Below are positions 25,132 to 38,209 of a DNA stretch of 64,000 nt, piece by piece; within the stretch, counting starts at the first letter, position 1; each line of letters starts with the position of its first letter. The stretch covers positions 18,538,001 through 18,602,000 of the forward strand of contig OY740814.1 in assembly GCA_963514005.1 (NCBI GenBank), in the 5' to 3' direction. Origin of the DNA: Raja brachyura (Eukaryota). A model generated the notes under the pieces. The model was not told the DNA's origin, searched no databases, and worked only from the letters and a program-made list of their open reading frames with translations. The position numbers and the translations under genes were made by a program.

Positions 25132-27074
25132 GTAAGCACAAAGATTGACAAGTAAAATATTTGCATGAGTAACCTGGCAGTGTCTTTGTGTTATTTAAAA
25201 ACAAATCCTATCTGGTTAGTATTTTTTCTATTGGCAACAGAATTTAATGTGAGTACAGCTAAAAACTAACCATGAGTTAATTATATGCTGAAAGCATCTG
25301 CTGTTTCCATGTACATGGGACCTGTGTGTCTTAGCATTTTATCTCTCACTTCCCCAGTGAGTGTATTCTTTCCTTACCCATCCTGAAAGTATGATGGAGG
25401 ATATCTTTATAGGTTACAGCAGCAAACAATTGTCATTGATTTTCCTCTATGACTTGAACAATGAGTACAAGCATGGCGTTTGACAGCAAAGGGGTGGATG
25501 GCGCTGCTGAAACCAATTCTGTTCATGACTATGGTAGTCATGTATGCCTTCTACCACAGTTCATTGTTCATGCATTTGAGAGCCCTAATTAGTCTTCTCG
25601 ACCTTAAATGATGTCTCTGAGAAGGGCAACAAATTATTTGCAAACAGTGCAGCTAAGCTTTCATGATGACAGCTCATTAGAGATGTAATCACTCATTAGC
25701 ATCTAAGCCTTGGGCTGCTGTGAGCTATGTGATGCTCTGTCACACAATTTGAACCATTTTATAAGGTATCACCAAAGATGGTTTCCGGACAGCAACCCAT
25801 AGAATGATCCCATGTTGCTTGGCTTGCAGAATGATACTTCAAATGGTAGAGTTCACCATCTTACCCAGATTACAGCAGGGTTCTGTTTCTGAGAACTATT
25901 TGTAACCTGAGCTGTTCACAAGTTGGAAATGTGGCCACGATCTTAGTTCCCACATGACAGAAGATGCTTGCAGCCTCGAAGCAGCTGACAACTCCATGGC
26001 ATTGTTTGTCCCAAACCTTCATCTGCATGTTCGGCTGCACATAGGTCAGACGATTGTAAACCTGGGAGGACCTGTATGGAAGACGTTGAATTATAAGCAT
26101 GCGGTAAAATGCTTTTTGAATAGCTTTAAAATGTTAACCTTTGACGTCAGTTTTCTTCCCTTTGAGCTTCCCAATTGATTCTACATTTGCCAGCTTTTGA
26201 GAGTTTTGCCAAATTTTTCACATGTAATTACCACAGCTGAACTCGATTCAGCCCTTTTCCAATATTTTGAAATGCATTCACAGTTGATTAATAATCGAAA
26301 GCTGACTGATTTTTCTCCCGCTATGCGAAAGAGTCACGTTGAGATTGATTGACCAGTGCAGCATCTGGGACCTTTTGTGATCTGAATTTTGCCTTCACTG
26401 AGCTAGCGGACAGATTGGGTAAACTCTTGGTTGAAATCTTTCAGGAGTTAAATCTGGAAATTGGTATTACTTTTTCTAGAAGCATGCTAATTTGAACATT
26501 TTGTTTTTGTAGAAACATATTCTAAATGCAAACTGCTATTTAATTTTTTTGAAGTGTGTGTGCTAGAATATGCCAAAATTGTATTTGTTCTTCAGCATTT
26601 AATTGGTGTGCTGACTTTACAGTTGATGTTCTATTTAAAATGTAGCTGCAGCAATTTTGGCCAAGTGCCTATGCAGCCACTAATTGACTGATCAGGCTAA
26701 GTGATTTCTGTTTACAATGCAATTCAGCTTTTGAAGAGCTCAAAGCATTGCGAGATTAACGTTGAAAATGAGCAACTAAAAGTAGCAACAACAACAAAAA
26801 AACCACCATTCTAAGTTTTGCTTTGGGGGTAGGAGGGCCCTAAGCATTTGTTTATAACCAAATTAAAAATGACTGGTTCTCAAAATAAAAATGAAGATTC
26901 TAGTAGACCTAACCAGTGGGAACTCATAATTAACTAATTAACATAAATAATTTAAAAGCTGCAGTTTTTAAAGTTTTTGATCTCAACATTCTTGGCTCAT
27001 CACAAAGCAGATTCCACTCTAATGTCAGTTTTTAATTTCAAAAGAAAAGTTAGGAGCCTTGTTATTCAACAGTG

Positions 27075-27257
27075 CTTACTTATCATGTCACTCTCAAAAT
27101 GTTTCAAGTTCTTTAAAAACTTAGCATGTTACTTTTGATGTGTAGTCACGATTGTAATTTGGTAAACGCGGCATCGAATTAGCACATGGCAAGCATCACA
27201 TCCAGCAATGTGATATTGGCCAGGTTATTTGAGAGAGAAATATTGGCAAGAACACCG
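27075..27257 (-). mobile_element. Deu-domain SINE fragment (SacSINE1/AmnSINE1-like)
   Basis: ACTTTTGATGTGTAGTCACGATTGTAAT...AAACGCGGCA...CAGCAATGTGAT...AATATTGGCAAGAACACC resembles the recalled reverse-complemented Deu core. Confidence 0.7.
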
Positions 27258-27798
27258 ATCAGAGGGTAGTCAAGTTATGCAGGGTTGCCAGTAAACTTAA
27301 CCCTAAACACCTTATTCTGTGAATTGGTGAATTCACAACTTCAATTACAAACATTAGTTTCTGCATTGAATGAACGTAGCTAGTGGCGCTCAACTTGATA
27401 ATCTGGCAACAATTATGTGACCAGCTTCTTTCAAAATGTGTTTTGCAATTTCAATACATTTATTGGAAGTAGCTTTCCAATCAAGCTCATTGCCACGAAG
27501 AAGCGATCAGGAAAGCAACAGATTCTGGGATCAAAAATAAGTAACATTCTTTAGTATTAAATTACTTTCCTCATGAATGTGCTGGCTGATTGCTCACAAT
27601 TTGTTAATGGCTTTTGTGAGCCATGTGATACTTTGCCACACAATTTCAGCCATTTTTTGAGCATTACTTGTGAAAAGCTGCCCAGGGGGCTCTTCTTGAC
27701 ATCTGAACCCCAATAGCCAGTGCTCAAAGGCAGATCGGTTTCCATGATTTCTGGTCGAGCAGGGGTTAGTGAATGGTGATTATGAATGGGATCCCTTA

Positions 27799-28053
27799 AG
27801 GGCCTGTCCCACTTATGCGACCTTTATAAGAGACCTTTCACGACCAGGCTGTATGGTCGTGAGAGGTCACCCGCGATATGTCGCCAGGGGTGGCCTGTAT
27901 GGTCGTGAGAGGTCTCCTATGGTCGTGAGAGGTCTCCAAAGAGTCGTAGCGTCTTTCTGGTCGCCGCTGAATTTTCAACATGTTGAAAATTTTGGCGCCC
28001 TTTCACGGGTGCCAGCAGTCGCCTATAAAGGTCGCGTAAGTGGGACAGACCCT
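27799..28053. mobile_element. PIF/Harbinger-type MITE, 255 bp
   Basis: 30-bp TIRs AGGGCCTGTCCCACTTATGCGACCTTTATA; TTA target duplication on both sides; internal TATGGTCGTGAGAGGTC three times. Confidence 0.9.
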
Positions 28054-30150
28054 TTACTTTAATTTTGCTAACACCAGGCTAAGCAAATTTTAGTTTAATG
28101 TTTTCCAAACCGAATGGGAAAGCACTGACATGTCTCACTGAATCTTGACCGTTTACCTCAGCCAATGTCAACCCACTTGGTTTTGGAGAACCGTGGTACA
28201 TTTTAAAAGTTAATCAGGGATACAATCCTTAAATCCTTTCACAAAGTTTTACAATATTTTGTTGAATATTATCTGAAATTCATTCTCTAAAGTCATTTCC
28301 CTCTCATGAGAACTCACTACCTCGTTCTATATTTTTATTCCTATTTATTTATGGAATATAGGGATTGCGAACAAACCGAGTATTCATCCCCATCCCTCGT
28401 CGCATTCAAGTAGGTGGTTGTGAATTACCACCTTCCATTGCAGGAGGTTCTGAACTGACAATCTCAGTTGACCATGTGGGCAACAAAACCCCCTGGTGAA
28501 CTCGATGACCTGAATAAATACCAGTAAGTTTGCTTTAGGAATTCATGAACCATTACCACTAGCAGGAGTCCAAGCACAGTACAAAACAAGCTGGTGCAAT
28601 TCTAGCTTGTGAAAGACATTTGGATCGATTTATGGATAGAAAGGGTGTAAAGTATGGGCCAAATCAGGGGAAATGGGACGAGCCCAGAATGCCAACTTGG
28701 TCGACATTGACCATAGGTCCTCTTTCCATGCTGTATCACTAGTACTCGAAGCTTAAAGTACTCTGACAACATCAAGTAGTCTATATTCAGCAGTAATTTT
28801 TAATCCTCCCTCTTATTATAGTAAATGAAAGCCGATATAACCCATAATTAGTCTGCCATTTGTCGCTATAAATGGTGATTTTATTTTTCAGCACAAGCTT
28901 TCAGAAGACCTACATTTCTGGATGGAGTCCAGAAGTGAAAGGTCCTGTGTTGGTGCTTTTAGTTAACTGGAGGGCCAGTGCCAAAAGTGGCTTTGACCCA
29001 ATAAATATGATCTGGGAGCACAGTGGATATTGACGCTGCCGCAACAGCTCAAATAGAAATCAAACCCAGCTAATGAAATATTTTTGCCCTTGGGCCAATT
29101 TGTTTAAAGAATGAGCTGGCGGATCTCTGCCTGTGCCTCTCTCCCTTTCCCTGCCTCTGATCTCCCTTGTGGATGGTAGGAATGATTTACAACTGTGATA
29201 TATTTGACAGAAAATATTTTGTCATGGTCTTGGCAGCTAGGTCTGGAATGCTGGGTGTGAAAGAATTGAGACAATGGCTTTCATGTACATACCCAACCTG
29301 GTAGCTATGCTTTTATTTTCCCCTTCTGTCTCTTAGGGTGTGGTTGTCTTTGCACTGTGTTAGGTGTTTTTTTTAAAGTCTGGTAAGGAAAAACGAGAGA
29401 GCAGGCAAAGAGTAGATATTGTTCCAAGAGCTATAGTGTGTAGAAATGCTCTGTTAGAAGCAGAATTGCCCGCCACTTAGATCACTCCTAGCCAGAAACT
29501 TCCTATTTCCTTTCAGCCCCATGGTGTTTATCCTGTGTAGGCCTATCATGCACAGTGCTTTTTTGGTGTCTTGATTTTTAACAGGAAGGGACAATTGAGG
29601 AAATGTGGGCTAGATTCAGACATTAAATAAATGTTTGTGTTCACACTTTCAGGCTGTAGTGAAACAAAACAGTAAGTCGGCCTCTTTGCCTGTCAAAGTG
29701 AGTAACCCCATTCACGGCTGCATAATGGATGTTTCAGATTGTATTAAGATAGTCTGTTTCCGTCACTGCCAGATCAGAAAGTTACTTTGTTATGTGATCT
29801 CAGATAATATGGCAGTGGGGTTATTACAATTGGCCACTGCGCTGCAGACTTAGGATATAAAATACAATTTTCAACATGATTATATTTACTCTGCAATAGC
29901 TCCCATTGTGAAGTTTGTGTACATACACGCGGATGGTATAGAATGGGGATTGGCTGGATTATCACAGAGGTTAAAAAGCCTACAGCTACAGTTCACTACT
30001 GACTTGTATATGAGGAATGACTTCTGAGGGTGGGATGCCTATGGATATAAGGCGAGGGGGGTTGGGGGGCAGTGTGGCTTGTACAGTGTTTTGTATTAGA
30101 ATAAAATCTCGTCATCTTAAGTAATTTGGAAAATATTCTTCCACATGCAG

Positions 30151-30224
30151 TCAAAGAGAAATTAACAGCCGATCCCGACAGTGAAATCGCCACAACCAGT
30201 TTGCGGGTGTCTCTGTTGTGTCCT
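30151..30224 (+). CDS. PIAS1: PIAS1 exon 8 equivalent (start of SP-RING)
   Basis: tgcag|TC...CCT|gtgagt; encodes (I)KEKLTADPDSEIATTSLRVSLLCP; 74 bp; visible within ORF 30126..30329. Confidence 0.98.
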
Positions 30225-30419
30225 GTGAGTACAACCACATCTGAATTATTAATGATTACATTACCTTCTCTTCCTCTTGCAGTGTTTATTAACTGTTTGG
30301 TATCTAAACCACAAATTGAATTTTATTGATTAACAGCACCAAACGGATGTAATTCATAGACTTAACAACTTGCTTGTGGTGCTGCATGGATCCTGATTAT
30401 TGTGCTTTGCTCTGAAAAG

Positions 30420-30698
30420 TTTAGCTTGGAGATACAAGCGCGGAAACAGGCCCTTCGGCTCACCTAGTCCACACCGACCAATGATGCACTAACACAATCC
30501 TACACACACTTGGGACAATTTACAATTATACCAAGCCAATTAACCTTCAAACCTGTACGTCTTTGGAGTGTGGGAGGAAACCGGAGCAAACCTGCACAGG
30601 TCATGGGGAGAACATACAAACTCTGTACAGACAACACCAGTAGTCGGGATCGATGGCGCTGTTAGTCAGTAACTGCTGCTGCGCCACCATCCCGCCCG
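30420..30698 (-). mobile_element. HE1-like V-SINE
   Basis: Tail, V-domain and head on the minus strand. Confidence 0.9.
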
Positions 30699-32814
30699 GG
30701 TTGTTAAAGTTAAAATAAAATTCACTGTAGCAGCTAAAACTGTGAATCCAATTTATCTATCTTCTAAGTGCAAAGGAAGCACAGAAAATGCAGATTCTGG
30801 TTAGGTGGTAGTGTTTCTCTTCTATTCATGTTAACTGAAACAAGTTTTCAATGTACCTATTATGCAAACGAGTTATAAAAATAGCTCATTTTTATTCAAT
30901 CAGCTAACACTTGGTGTCATTTAAATGATCTGACCCACTCAGTTATTGCCGCACTTTGTGTTTTGCCGGAGATTCCAGCATCTGCAGTACCTTGTGTCTC
31001 TCTAATTTATCTTGTTCTGGGGTCCCGTGACTTCCCCCAAATAATGTTTTTTTAAATTCTTATCAAGTGTCCTCCCTGAAGTGGGTGGTTTATTCCAGGC
31101 CAAACTGTATGATTGCAGGAAGCCCAAAGAACCATTATTCAGGTGTTGGTGTGTTCACAGCTAATCCAGCACTTGCCTCTTATATTATTAATGTACACTC
31201 TCCAGCGGGTATCACTCTATTGTGGTTGGGAGTAGGAATTCACAGCGAGAGAAATGAGATGGCAGTTGGGAAAGGAAAATAAGTCAAAGGAGCAGATAGT
31301 TGTCAGAGGACGAATATGTGCTGAGGAACGGAGAATGTGGGTCCACTGATTCCCGAGGAGAGCCTGCACATAGACAAGCTATCTGAGATACTTTCCTTTA
31401 TTAGCTGAAATGTAGAAGACTAATACACAACTATCATGCTTTAATTGGATAAAACTTCATTTGGATAAACCTCTGGTCACCACATTGGAGAACATTTTCC
31501 AGAAAGGGCATAGGGATTGTGGATATCGTCAGAGCTAATGAAGTTTATTTAATAGGCTGGGATTGTTTTATTTGGAATAAAGGATGGTGGGGGTGGGGTA
31601 GGGGGGGTTCAAAGAAGCTGAGTGGCATAGGCAGACTGTATAGACAAACTTGTTTTTCCTTTATCACTTTGCTTTGGTAAAGGGGGGGGGGGTGGGATGA
31701 GAAGAACAGGAGATGCACATTCTAAATATTAATATTAGTAACTATAAACTAAATATAATAAATGATTGGGGGAAGTTAGGAAGGATATTTTCACACAGAG
31801 CAGTTCTCTGCAACTTGCTGTCCAAAAGCCTGGTACAGGCAGAAAGCTTTGTCACACTTCAGAAGTACTTGGATAAGCACTGGATTGACAATAGCCTGCA
31901 ATGATACCAGCTGTTAAACTTGCTCTGAACATAGAACAAGCATGGATATAATGGGCCAAATGTCTTTCCCTAACATAGATTTATAATAGGAATTGCATTT
32001 ATTCTTAAGATTTTAAAATTAACGATAGACACGTGTTTAACATCTACGTTGATTTACTTATCCAATGGTAATTGTTTGAGATACCTCCATATGTATGATG
32101 TACTTGGAAACTGTTTGGCTTTGTGTTTCTGAACCTGGATGCAAGTACAAATGTGGACATGCAGCAGATGAGTTCACTCCAGAGAGATAAACTGATATAT
32201 TAGAGTGTTTTCAGATTATCGTATAACAATATTGATAATTAACAATTTAAAAACATCTTGCCTTCAGAAAACCAGTGTACTCTCAGCCTTCCAGCATCCA
32301 CAGGAATGAGGATTGCTAACTGCCGAATTTGCTGGTTGTAAGAGACCTACTCAATTACTGTACGTCACACTAGTATTCTGTACATAAACCTTTATTGAAA
32401 TTGCCTAATGATATGACATCACCTTACCCTTTTCAGTAGCTATCTTTTATACTATTTAATGTTTTGAGACTAAATAATATTAATGTAAAACGGAGCAAAT
32501 ATAAATGAATAACTCCATCCACCATCACATGATGCCACGGCTTCAGGGAATGTTGTTGCTGATCCATCTACAACTGCCCTGCCCTTATGAATAAATGTAA
32601 ATAAAGTAAAAAGACCTCTTATGATGCTAACTTTGCACCATATTTGAAATAGGATTCTGATCTGAAATAGTGGATAGATGAGAGAAAGACGGTACAATTT
32701 ATGAAAACTTGAACAAACTGCCCATGTGTAAACATTTGCGGGGCCAAGGCCAAGCTACGGTGCTGGAGGCTGAACAAAGTTGCATCGGAGTGAACAAGGC
32801 AACATTCATATTTA

Positions 32815-33088
32815 GGGCGGCACAGTGGCGCAGCAGTAAAGCTGCTGCTTTACAGTGCCAGAGGCCCGGGTTCAATCCGGACTGCGGGTGCTGTCCGTAC
32901 GGAGTTTGTACGTTCTCCTGTGACCACATGGGTTTCCTTCGGTTTCCTCCCACATTCCAAAGAAGTGCAGGTTTGTAGATTAATTGGCTTCTGTAAATTG
33001 TTCCTCGTGTGTATGGATGATCGCTGGTTGGCAAGGACTCTGGGCCGAAGGGCCTGTTTCCCCGCTGTTTCTCTACACTACACTAAAC
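32815..33088 (+). mobile_element. HE1-like V-SINE (full length)
   Basis: GGCACAGTGGCGCAG A-box, GGTTCAATCC B-box, V-domain and tail. Confidence 0.92.
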
Positions 33089-33244
33089 ATTGAAAACAAT
33101 TTTATGAAATCGCAAAATCTTTACATTTTGGCTAGTTGCATTAGAATTCTGTACGTATAAATAAAGGACAAGTGGAAAATTACCTAATATGACCGTTACA
33201 TGTCTTTTGTTGCATTTTATAAAATAGACAATATTTAAGATGTC

Positions 33245-33436
33245 AAGCCAGAGTAACTCGGCAGGTCAGGCAACATCTCTGGAAAACTTGTATTGGGTCG
33301 AGACTCATCGACAGTATAAGGGTTCGACCCAAAACGTCACCTATCCATAATCCTCATGGATGCTGCCTGACCTATTGAGTTATTCCAGCACTTTGTCCTT
33401 TTTTGTAAACCAGCATTTGCAGTTCTTTGTTTCTAC
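33245..33436. mobile_element. Degraded inverted PLE repeat pair
   Basis: GAGTAACTC..GGCAACATCTCTGG / GACCCAAAACGTCACC..GATGCTGCC..CAGCATTTGCAGTTC. Confidence 0.75.
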
Positions 33437-33609
33437 TAGGCAATATTAACGTTGATTTTTTATTCATTCATTATTATAGCCTGCATAAAATGTTTATTTC
33501 ACTGGGCTTCATGAAATTGGAAGCTAGCTTTTGTTAATTGAAGTGTGACGAGTGATAGTACTGGTGGTCTGGATTAGTTGATCGTGAATGCATTTATTTA
33601 TTTTTACAG

Positions 33610-33770
33610 CTGGGCAAAATGCGATTGACGATCCCATGTCGTGCTATAACCTGCTCACATCTCCAGTGCTTTGATGCAACTCTTTACATTCAGATGAACG
33701 AGAAAAAACCTACGTGGGTTTGTCCAGTGTGTGATAAAAAGGGCCCTTATGAACATCTAATTATTGATGG
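33610..33770 (+). CDS. PIAS1: PIAS1 exon 9 equivalent (SP-RING/MIZ zinc finger)
   Basis: tttttacag|CTG...GG|gtgagc; encodes [53 protein letters not shown](G); 161 bp. Confidence 0.98.
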
Positions 33771-34860
33771 GTGAGCAAATGATCCTATGTTCAAATAAAA
33801 ATTCATGTTTTGCTTAACCACTTTCATTGTGTGATTTTTGAGCAGTATTCATACTAAATACACCATTATGTGAATGTATTTACCATTTAAATTGAGTGCC
33901 TTGGTATGGAGAAAGTTTAGAGACTATGACCTTGTTAGGTGGTACATTTAGCAACTTCTCTACATTTTCAAATATTGTATATAGCACCTTGATTAAACAG
34001 ACTCTTGGTATATTTCCAACCTTGATCAAGAAAGGTAAAAATATTATTTGCAAGAGGAAGCCTGTTTCCTTTGCAGGTTTGAGTGACAGCAAAGAAAATA
34101 TTTAATGTGGCACAGTTAGCATTGAGGATGAATACTAAGGCTGCTTACTCACCCAGTGGTAAATGTACTGCATGAGTGAGGTGAAGAAATGAGACCAGAA
34201 TCTGTGATTGTTCTTCTGTTTCTAGTTGATCTCGACCAGTTGTGAAATGGCATACCTTCTGCTCCTATGTGAGGAAGAGAGAAGAATAATAATTTAGGAT
34301 CCCCATGCCAATAAGTCCTCTTGGAAAGCAGCTTTTCTGACATTGAAATAGTCATGCTTGGCTGCAATACAACCCACACTTCCTGTGTGTCTGCCACTTA
34401 GTCTCGAACAATAACAAGAGTTGGATCTTCTTTCAGGGGAGACAAATTAGAAACTGATTGAAAAATTGTGCTGGTGGAGGAAATTCTTTAAATGTTGAGG
34501 TGGAATCTTAAGCAGTTGATCAGATTGAGTGGTGTCCGTCTGTTTATCCATCCCAGGCCCATTTGCTTTAAATGCTCTGTTTTTACCTGAGCTCTATTTG
34601 GGCCTTCTGCACTCATCCTTACCTTAAACACTATCTCCAGCTATTTTATGTTATTACACTACTTCAAGCGCAATTGACTCATATTTAAAATCCTGGTGAC
34701 ATCTGGTGTTAGATACACTATTTTGCAAAATATTTTTCCATTGCCCTTTTTCTACGCCTGCGGTGGTGGGTCTGATGTTTTGATTAAATCATTTTTCTAA
34801 CAGTCCCACTAAAGATTTTGTTTATTCAGAGGCATGCTTGGGGTGTAGTTCTTGGCTGCT

Positions 34861-34998
34861 AGTGGAGTCAAGGGTTATGGGGAGAAGGCAGGCACGGGTT
34901 ATTGATAGCGGACGATCAGCCATGATCATATGGAATGGCGGAGCTGGCTCGAAGGGCCGAAGGGCCGAATGGCCTCCTCCTGCACCTATTTTCTATGA
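34861..34998 (+). mobile_element. CR1 LINE 3' tail
   Basis: Same tail family as 9228 and 19230. Confidence 0.85.
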
Positions 34999-35555
34999 TC
35001 TTGACGTGTGACTTTGGTGAATGTTACAATTGGCATATGCTTGAAGCTCTTTGTGCCTATTTAGTGATCATCCCTTTAAATATAAAGTGTGGTCACAATG
35101 AGCATTGAAGAGGCAAGAACATTGGGGCAAGGGTAAAGATTGTGTGGGGTACAGGCTGAAAAGATTCAAAAATAAAATCATTTGTCAGTATTTGATAGAT
35201 TAGAAAGACCTGATGTTTGCTATACCTGATATTTTGGCAAACCTTGGTACTACAGTCTGAATCGTCCATAACTTGCTTTTCTCATTGGATGTTAGCGCAC
35301 AGAAATAGAATGTTTTCTATCTTTACACTAATGAAGTTAGGATGCTGTACATTTTTCACTGCTTGAGGTGGGTTTGATAAAAGTCACAGATGTATTCCTG
35401 CAGCAAAATGCTGAGGTTCCCTAATGTCTTCCGAGTTTTGATAGTATTCAATCCCAAGGTGAAATGATGAAGACTTGCTTTTTTTTTTAAATCGGAAATG
35501 AGGGAGATTTTTTTAAGTGATTGTGTTGGGCTTGGAAGTTTTTTTAAAAAAAAGG

Positions 35556-36503
35556 GAGTGCTGGAGTAACCCAGTGGATCAGGCAGCATCTCTGGAGAAC
35601 ATGGATAGGTGACATTTCGAGTCGGGACCCTTCTTCAGACTGTTTGTGGTTGAGGATAGAGTGAGGTAGAAACCTGGACGAGGGTCAGGTCAGGTCAAAG
35701 CAACTCTACCGCAGCGCCACCGTGCCGCCCTAAGTGCCGGGTGGATATGGGTGAGGGGGCTTTTATATAGTCAGATGGTTGGGAAAAGGCCAGACATAAA
35801 AAGACTAAAGGGCCTGTCCCACCAGCATGCGTTTAGCTCGACCAAACGTGGTCGCTTGAGGCGTACGGCCTCGCAGGGCTGGTCCCAATTCGAACCGTGG
35901 AGGCGTATGGAGTTGTGCGGGGCTGGTCCCGACATCATACTCGCCAATCAGCTGGGCAGGAGGCGGGCCGACTGAATTTGGACGTCGCACGGCGTCGAGC
36001 GGTGACGTCATCCTGCAACAGCATGTCGGGCGGTGACGTCATTGCGCAACGCCACGCGCCAGGCGTCAGACATCAAGGCACTGCATACAACCTCGAGACG
36101 CTGCGTAAGTCCTCAATGCGGCTGCGAACCGACAGGCCGTTGGCGCGCGGAATGTTTGGACAGTGTCAGTTTTTCGGAGCCCCGCACGATGTCGGGACCA
36201 GCCCCACACAACTCCATACGCTTCCAGCGATCGAAGTGGGACTGGCCCCGCGAGTCCGTACGGCTCAAGCGACCACGTTAGGTCGCGCTAGCCGCATGCT
36301 GGTGGGACAGGCCCTTGTGTGAGAGGATAGAGTGGGAATTGTCAAGCCAGAGGAAGGAATGTAGATGGTGGGGGAGGGGAGGACTGGGTGCGGCCAGCTG
36401 TGGCACTGCGAAGGGGGGTAGGGGGTTGGTAACTTGCCTAAAATTGGAGAATTCAAAGTTCATTCTGTTGTGTTATAAGCTACCCAAGCAAAATATAAGG
36501 CAC
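35556..36503 (-). mobile_element. Penelope-like element 3' end, split by a MITE
   Basis: Minus strand 36435-36503 reads LIFCLGSL*HNRMNFEFSNFR (GIY-YIG C-terminus); hammerhead pseudo-LTR at 35556-35641. Confidence 0.75.
35809..36315. mobile_element. Harbinger-type MITE, 507 bp, CpG-rich, TIRs of about 128 bp
   Basis: Ends AGGGCCTGTCCCACCAGCATGCG / CGCATGCTGGTGGGACAGGCCCT; the left flank is TAA and the right is TGT, so the TSD is not intact. Confidence 0.88.
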
Positions 36504-37319
36504 TTAGTCTTGGAAATGTTGGAAATGGGTATATTTTGTAATTATGTGGGGGGAAAAAAAGCTTATTGGGAAAGAGGCTTTGTGATGTTTGTTGCAAATG
36601 TATATCTGAAACATTATATAACTAAAACTAAACATTAAATTTCCAGACTGCTCATGTGGTCCACATTAACCAAATTAACTGCCTGCAGCCAAAGTATTTT
36701 ACATTCTATGAGATCAGTAGAATCCCAGTGCAATGTTTTTCTGATTTGTGTATAATTTAGATGACTTCTGCATTTCAGCTTCCAAATCTATATTACACAG
36801 CATGAAGATCATTATGTGTAACACAATTAAATCAGAAAAAATAAGTTTTGCCATTAATTTGGTGGTTAGTATACAGTACTAATTCTATTCAGCGCACTGT
36901 TTTGTCATTTGTGCAAGTTTTTCAGTGTTGGCTGCTAGAGATTGCCTTGAGGTCTGCTTCACTTCTCAAGCTGGCTATGAATTGGGAGAATGAGCCCCAT
37001 TTAGCTTATTGCCACATTTGAGTTTTTTGTCCAGCAGGTTGAAATCTTTTTTTGCTTTGTATTTTGCTCTTAAATTCAACCATTATCTAGGCTATGAGCA
37101 GAATTCATTCGCGGACAATGGACAGAGTAGCAAAAAGTGTTGCTTTTGGATTTGTATCACTTAACAGCATCGGTGTCTGCTTATTCTATGGAGTAATTTG
37201 TTGCCGTTTGTAATGGTTTTATAACGGTCTTCATCTATTGAACATCGCGGGAGTCCTAGGTGACTGTAAAATGCCTCACTGCTACATTATTGAGTGATGA
37301 AAGTGGAAAGTAAGATGTG

Positions 37320-37572
37320 CATGAGGGAGGGGAGGGGATCGGGATGATAGGGGGGAGGTGGGGGGGACTTGACATTTGGAGAATTCTTGCCATTATGTTG
37401 CAGCCTACCCAAGTGGAATATGATGTGTTGTTCGTCCAGTCTGTGCGTGGCCCAACTCTGGCAGTGTAGGAGGCCAAGAACAGACTGTCGGTATGGGAAA
37501 GTGAAAAGGAATTAAAATAGCGAGCAACCAGGATCTACAGCTGTCCTTGGCAGATGAAGAGCAAGTGTTGCT
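37320..37572 (-). mobile_element. Degraded PLE GIY-YIG C-terminal fragment
   Basis: Frameshifted VARYFNSFSLSHTD...; nucleotide similarity to 21470-21650. Confidence 0.7.
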
Positions 37573-38209
37573 GGTCAATAAAATTGAAAACACATCAGAT
37601 ATAATCCAATTCAATGGGCAAAACAAGGTCGAAAGACCTTTCTATCCATATGCTTGAAATCTTGTGCTTTATAGCTGGATTCAGAGATGATACATGCTTT
37701 GTGAAGCATGCTTTCTAGGACCATTCTATTTGCAAAGAAAAACTATTTTGGTTCTGTAGATGAAGGTGCAGTTCAGATACACTTCCACAAGCTGTTGCCA
37801 CATTGCATCTTTAAGATAAACTTCACCAATTTGCGGATGATACAAAACTTGGAAGCATTTGAGGTGGTTAGTATAAAGACTTCACCAATTAGGTGAAAAT
37901 CAGGCTGATTCCAGAAAACGCAATGAAAGTAAAAATAAATGAGGCAGCGATATGGCCATTAGATAAATGATTAAGTTTCAGCTTGTCAAAACAGGCATGG
38001 TTTGCATGAGTTACTGCATCCTCACAGAGGAGATTAATCAGCTTCTGACTATTTTTTATCATCGTTAGCAACTGATATTCTGCACCAAAGTTGAGGAAAG
38101 TCACAGAATCTCTTGGTTTACAAATTTTGCAAATGGAAAGATCAAATAGTTTTAATATAATTTGTGATTTAACAAACACAGAACATCTTAGACTCCTTCA
38201 AACGCAATA

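Noticed and set aside
27850-27940. CRISPR-like direct repeats
   Set aside because: Three short internal MITE repeats in eukaryotic DNA with irregular spacing and no cas genes.
32815-32890. tRNA gene (A/B boxes)
   Set aside because: It is the tRNA-derived head of a V-SINE and continues into the V-domain and LINE-like tail.
35751-36638. Cluster of Arg-rich ORFs
   Set aside because: They arise from the GC-rich palindromic MITE; no transposase motifs.
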